This document shows, in pieces, positions 59,654-64,000 of a stretch of DNA of 64,000 bases; within the stretch, counting starts at the first letter, position 1; each line of letters starts with the position of its first letter. The DNA comes from Eledone cirrhosa. Its lineage: Eukaryota. The stretch is taken from assembly GCA_964016885.1 (NCBI GenBank), contig OZ024743.1, positions 261,702,001 through 261,766,000 on the forward strand, given 5' to 3'. Made by a program: the position numbers and the translations under genes. A model generated the notes under the pieces. It saw only the letters and a list, made by a program, of their open reading frames with translations, had not been told where the DNA came from and ran no database searches.

Positions 59654-61491
59654 TACACAGATAACACAACTGGAGAAAATAAATAAATAAATGAACAAAA
59701 AAACACATTTTTTCTTAACCTTCCCAGTAGAAGTGGTAGTGGTAGTAGTAGTAGTAATGGTGGTTGTGATAGTAGTAGTAAATGTTATTATTGGTAGTAG
59801 TAGTAGTTATAGTACAGTGGTAGTAGTAGTGGTGGTTGTAGTTATAGTACAGTCATAGTAGTAGTAGTGGTGGTTGTAGTTATGGTAGCAGTGGCAGTAG
59901 TAGACATAGTAATGTAATGACTTTTTTTCTCTCATTCTTTTAACTCTTTTACTGACCATATTTCTATGCAGTAACAGACTACCTATATATATTTTTAACC
60001 CTCTATTGACTACAGTTCTAGTAGACTGACCATATATTTCCTGTAACAAGTCTGTTTCATGTATGGAAATAATCCAGATTTGGATGTGAGGGTGCTTGAA
60101 CGAATGCATAACATTTCCCCAAGTGTTACAACTACAACTTAAAAAGAGAAAAGCCCAGACACAAACTGTAGATTAATTTGAGTTTTGCAGATATGAAAAG
60201 ATGGTAACTCATGATTCAAACCATTTGATACCAGCCTGCTTGAAATCATCCCTTACTCTATGATAGAAAACCATTTATTTTTAAAGTGTCTACATTTATT
60301 TAAAAACCTTTCATTATAATTTTATTTAAAAACCTTAAAGTTATGTTCCAAACATCAGCTTAAAATGAGAAATCTCTCCAAATTTTTGATTATTTAAAAA
60401 ATGATTTGAAAGCCATAGGCAGTGTCTTAACACTCACCAAGGGATTTCTCTGACCTAGGTTTTCCCCTGAGTCAGAGGTAAGTGAAGGCTAGATAATTGT
60501 TGACACTGTATCTCCCTTTGTAAACAGGTATTGTTTTTTTTTTGTCCTGAGGTGTCCATTTACCCTCCACACACCATAATAAAACCTTATAGTGGGTTTG
60601 CTGGACAAGTCATGAACAACTAAACCAATTAACAGGTATGACTGTTTATATGTTTATATGATTACCTGTAGCAGACCATTTGATCTGACCTGATTCTAAG
60701 AAACACTGTTTGATCATGGCTAGAATGTATTTCATTATAGACCTGATGTGGTGGCTAACCAACATCAACAAATACTGTAAATTAATAGTCTCCAACATTC
60801 CATTATAGGCCTAGTCTAGGGGGTGAACTGTCAACAAGTATTATAAATGTGGTGCTCTCCAACCTTTCATATGAATGCCAAGTATTACTGACAGACTTAT
60901 AAAGAATCCTTAAACTTGATAATAGAGAGAATATATATATATACACACATTTTCTAATATTTTCCTTTATTAAAAAAACAACGAACTATACCATTTCATA
61001 AAAATATAACATTAAAGTAGATTTAAAATGTCAAACTTTAACAATGAACTCAGACTGGGAACCACTGCAATAATATATAATGTAGCTTCAATTACTATCA
61101 CACCATTGAAATGTTGCCTCTTTTTGCTTTTTTTTATAAATATTTTCATGAGAATTGTTCTGATGAGCTTTCTTCTTTGTTGCCTCATTTTCACAAGTTT
61201 GAATGGAGCACCAGTTTGGTAGCTAGATTTTATCCATTTACAATTGAAGTTCCTAAATGTAGTCGCAAATTTTATTTTGATAATTTCTTCCCTCGCACAT
61301 CTCATCTATAGAATTCTCTTCTTGCTTTCCTGACCACTACAATTTGTAAAAATTCAAAACATCTTCTCTCTTCTTGAATTATGTCCTTCCTTCTCAATAA
61401 GCCCTTGCAATTTACTAGCTTTATTACCTTGCCTAGGGTGAGCAAAAAAAAAAAAAAAGTTTGTAAGTCATTAAGAATTAATGAGATACAG

Positions 61492-61978
61492 CAGGGGTCT
61501 CAAACTGAAAGACATAAAAGGGCCATTAATCCTGGGGGGTGAGGTATGGCGGACTAAAAATGCGTGTGTGGAGGGAGGTGTATGATTTCCATCAGTTATA
61601 AAGCTAATCTGCAATACAGTTGATAAGCTGCTATTTATTATCTTTTTTTCATCAAAAGGAATACAAATTTGATAGTAAGTGGTATATGTGAATTAGTACA
61701 AAATTTAGGGGGACAAATTTTCCATTTCAAATTTTCCCTAATTTCATTTAAATTTTTGGTAAATTCACTTTTTTCCATTTCACTTTTGATAAATTCAGTT
61801 TTTTCCATTTTATTGTATTTCGTGGTTAAATTCAACAAATTTTATCATAAATATTATTAAAATGGACAAATCACCAAGTTTTTGGAAAATATTAGTCACA
61901 AAAATTGTTCTGAACGGGCCATAGACAAGTAGCTTGTGGGCCACATATGGCTCATGGGCTGGGTGTTTGAGACTCCTG
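61492..61978. mobile_element. hAT (Charlie-like) MITE
   Basis: TIR caggggtctcaaac / gtttgagactcctg (13/14), subterminal gggcca motifs, degenerate 8-bp TSD agatacag / gaatacag. Confidence 0.8.
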
Positions 61979-62404
61979 GAATACAGTATGGCTGACTGGT
62001 TAAGAAGTTAACTTTGCAATTATTAGGTTCTGGGTTCAATTCCACTGTATGGCATCTTATGAGTGACATTGGGTAGACTGAAACTGTTAGAAAGCCCATC
62101 AGTTATCAGATGGACTGTACCTCTAATTCAAAGGTTCAACTTTGTCACATTTGCTGATTCTCCCTAAGAATTACGTTATTGTGGAATGTTCAGCTACTTA
62201 GACATTAGTTTCATGAGCAGTCTTTCAGTGATTGAACAACTGGAATATTCATCATTGAAAGTGATAGACGTCCTTTTCATTCTATTCCAAGAATTGACAC
62301 GTATTAAAAACGGCAGCCATCGGAATTCACCACAGAGTTAAATATATTAAGTTAATCTCTAAATATCTCATCCTTAATATATGATATAAGATTGTGTATG
62401 TATG

Positions 62405-62745
62405 TGTAACTCCTGGTGGACTCGTAGGTAAAGACCCCCATGGGATTTGTACCTAGAAAGTCCTCGTCCGAGGTGCAAGTCAGGCAAGGTTTGTGGAAGA
62501 CCAGCCATTGCCCATGCATACCAGTCTCCCCTCTCCATGCCACCAATGTTGTTCAAGGGAAAGCAATGGCCAATACAGCTTGGCACCAGTGATGTTGCAA
62601 CTCATTTCTACAGCTGAGTGAACTGGAGCAACGTGACATAAAGTGTCTTGTTCAAGAACACAACACAAAGCCCAGTCCGAGAATTGAACTCACAACATCA
62701 CAATTGTGAGCCTGGCGCTCTAACCACTAAGCCATGTGCTTTCAC
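62405..62745 (-). mobile_element. tRNA-derived SINE family C, near full-length (fragment at ~4247-4325)
   Basis: Minus head atggcttagtggttagagcg...gagttcaattctcggactggg; body ttgaacaagacactttatgtcacgttgctccagttcactcagctgtagaaatgagt. Confidence 0.82.
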
Positions 62746-62899
62746 GGTGGAGTCATAGGGGTGCCGTAATGACATAGTTTCTTGGTTATTTTTAAAACCT
62801 GACAGAGCCCATCCCCTTTCCAGATCTAAACCCAGCCGATTTCTTTCAGAGAAGGATAGAGAGTGAGAGAGAGGAAGTGAGAAAGAGATATAGAAGAAT

Positions 62900-63048
62900 C
62901 AACTCCAGTATTGGACTGGTACTTTTGTATCAACTGCGAAAGGATGAAAGCAAAGTTGACCTCAGTAGTATTTCAACTCAGAATGCAAAGAGTTGGAACA
63001 GCAAAGCGTTCTATCTGATGTTCTAACAACTCTGCCAATTTGTCGCCC
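62900..63048 (-). mobile_element. SINE family A-related copy
   Basis: actggtactttt...ggatgaaagcaaagttgacctc...aactcagaa. Confidence 0.72.
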
Positions 63049-63799
63049 AATATAAGATTACAAATGATATTAATTACTAAATAGATAAAGATAAATTAAT
63101 TGTTGTATTTGTTTACACATATGTCCTCTGTCAGGGTCTGTTGGCTGTAGTACCAAGTACAGTCATTTTTACCATCCTAGATATTGACCTCTTTTTACAA
63201 CATACACATACATACAGAAACACACGCACTAAAACATGCACACACACACTAAAACGTGCACACACACACACACACATGCATACAGAAGCATACACATACC
63301 CACAAACACACGCATACACATACACGCACAGATGTGTGGTTCCTTTAACCCTTTCATTACCAAATATTTAATGAAATACACTGCATTTAAAGTAATTCTT
63401 TCTCTTTCTTATTTCCTCTCTCTTCTCTTGAAGAAATCAGCTATGTTGAAACCTGGAGAGGAGATGTGCTCTGCCAAGTTTAAATGTCAAAGAAACACTG
63501 TATATAACTACAGCACCACAATGACTCCAACAGGAGTTATGGGTCCATACAGACATATTATAGAGATTGGAGCAAATGTTGTACTGGTTACTCTAAAGAC
63601 CTAGCTCTGGAGATTAATAATCAAGTCTAGAGAAAGACTCAATACAAGATGTATAATTAATATTCGGAAAGGGAAGTGGCATATCAAAACTATCATCTCC
63701 ATTACTAAATTGACCCTGTGTTTCAGAAGAGATCAGTAATCAGTAGGACCAGGCACCCATTTTTTACAAGCCATTCTTTAATGTGTGTTAAGTTCTAGT

Positions 63800-63935
63800 G
63801 GAATCAGTAGTAGAATTCTTAGAGCATAAGACAAAATGCTTTGTGGTATTTGTTCTGGCTCTTTATATTCTGAGTTCAAATCTTGCCAAGGTCAACTTTG
63901 CCTTTCATCCTTCCAGGGTCAATAAAATAAAGAAC
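63800..63935 (+). mobile_element. SINE family A-related copy
   Basis: gagttcaaatc B-box and gcctttcatccttccagggtcaataaaataaag core. Confidence 0.75.
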
Positions 63936-64000
63936 CAACAGAGACATAATTCTGACTATATTGAACCTGAATGATTCAGGTGGTTCTAAAATCATTTTTG

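Noticed and set aside
63430-63604. Plus-strand exon candidate after a CT-rich tract
   Set aside because: Weak AAG acceptor, no recognisable protein and no clear donor; insufficient support.

Overview
AT-rich eukaryotic, repeat-dominated non-coding DNA. The SINE and microsatellite repertoire suggests an octopod cephalopod (inference from recalled repeat families, not a search). I find no host protein-coding gene, rRNA, true tRNA gene or CRISPR array; the long Y/I/M/C ORFs are (TA)n translations. The flanks (1-32.8 kb, 54.5-64 kb) hold decayed LINE fragments (CR1, RTE, Dong/R4, HERO, CRE), several SINE families, piggyBac/hAT/Tc1 MITEs, two non-autonomous Helitrons and a solo LTR. The core (~32.8-54.3 kb, ending at a 200-N gap) is a ~10 kb strand-polarised (TA)nTG/(TATG)n array split by young retroelements: (i) a Naiad-like Penelope element (RT + GIY-YIG) forming a near-perfect 1.09 kb head-to-head inverted repeat, each arm carrying a hammerhead ribozyme motif and ETS/NRF1/YY1-like motifs; (ii) a second, diverged Penelope whose hammerhead shows compensatory stem changes; (iii) a near-intact full-length RTE LINE with a PHD finger inside ORF2; (iv) an RTE 3' copy with a 9x49-bp array; (v) two copies of a bipartite non-autonomous RTE derivative. 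Coordinates of decayed elements are approximate.
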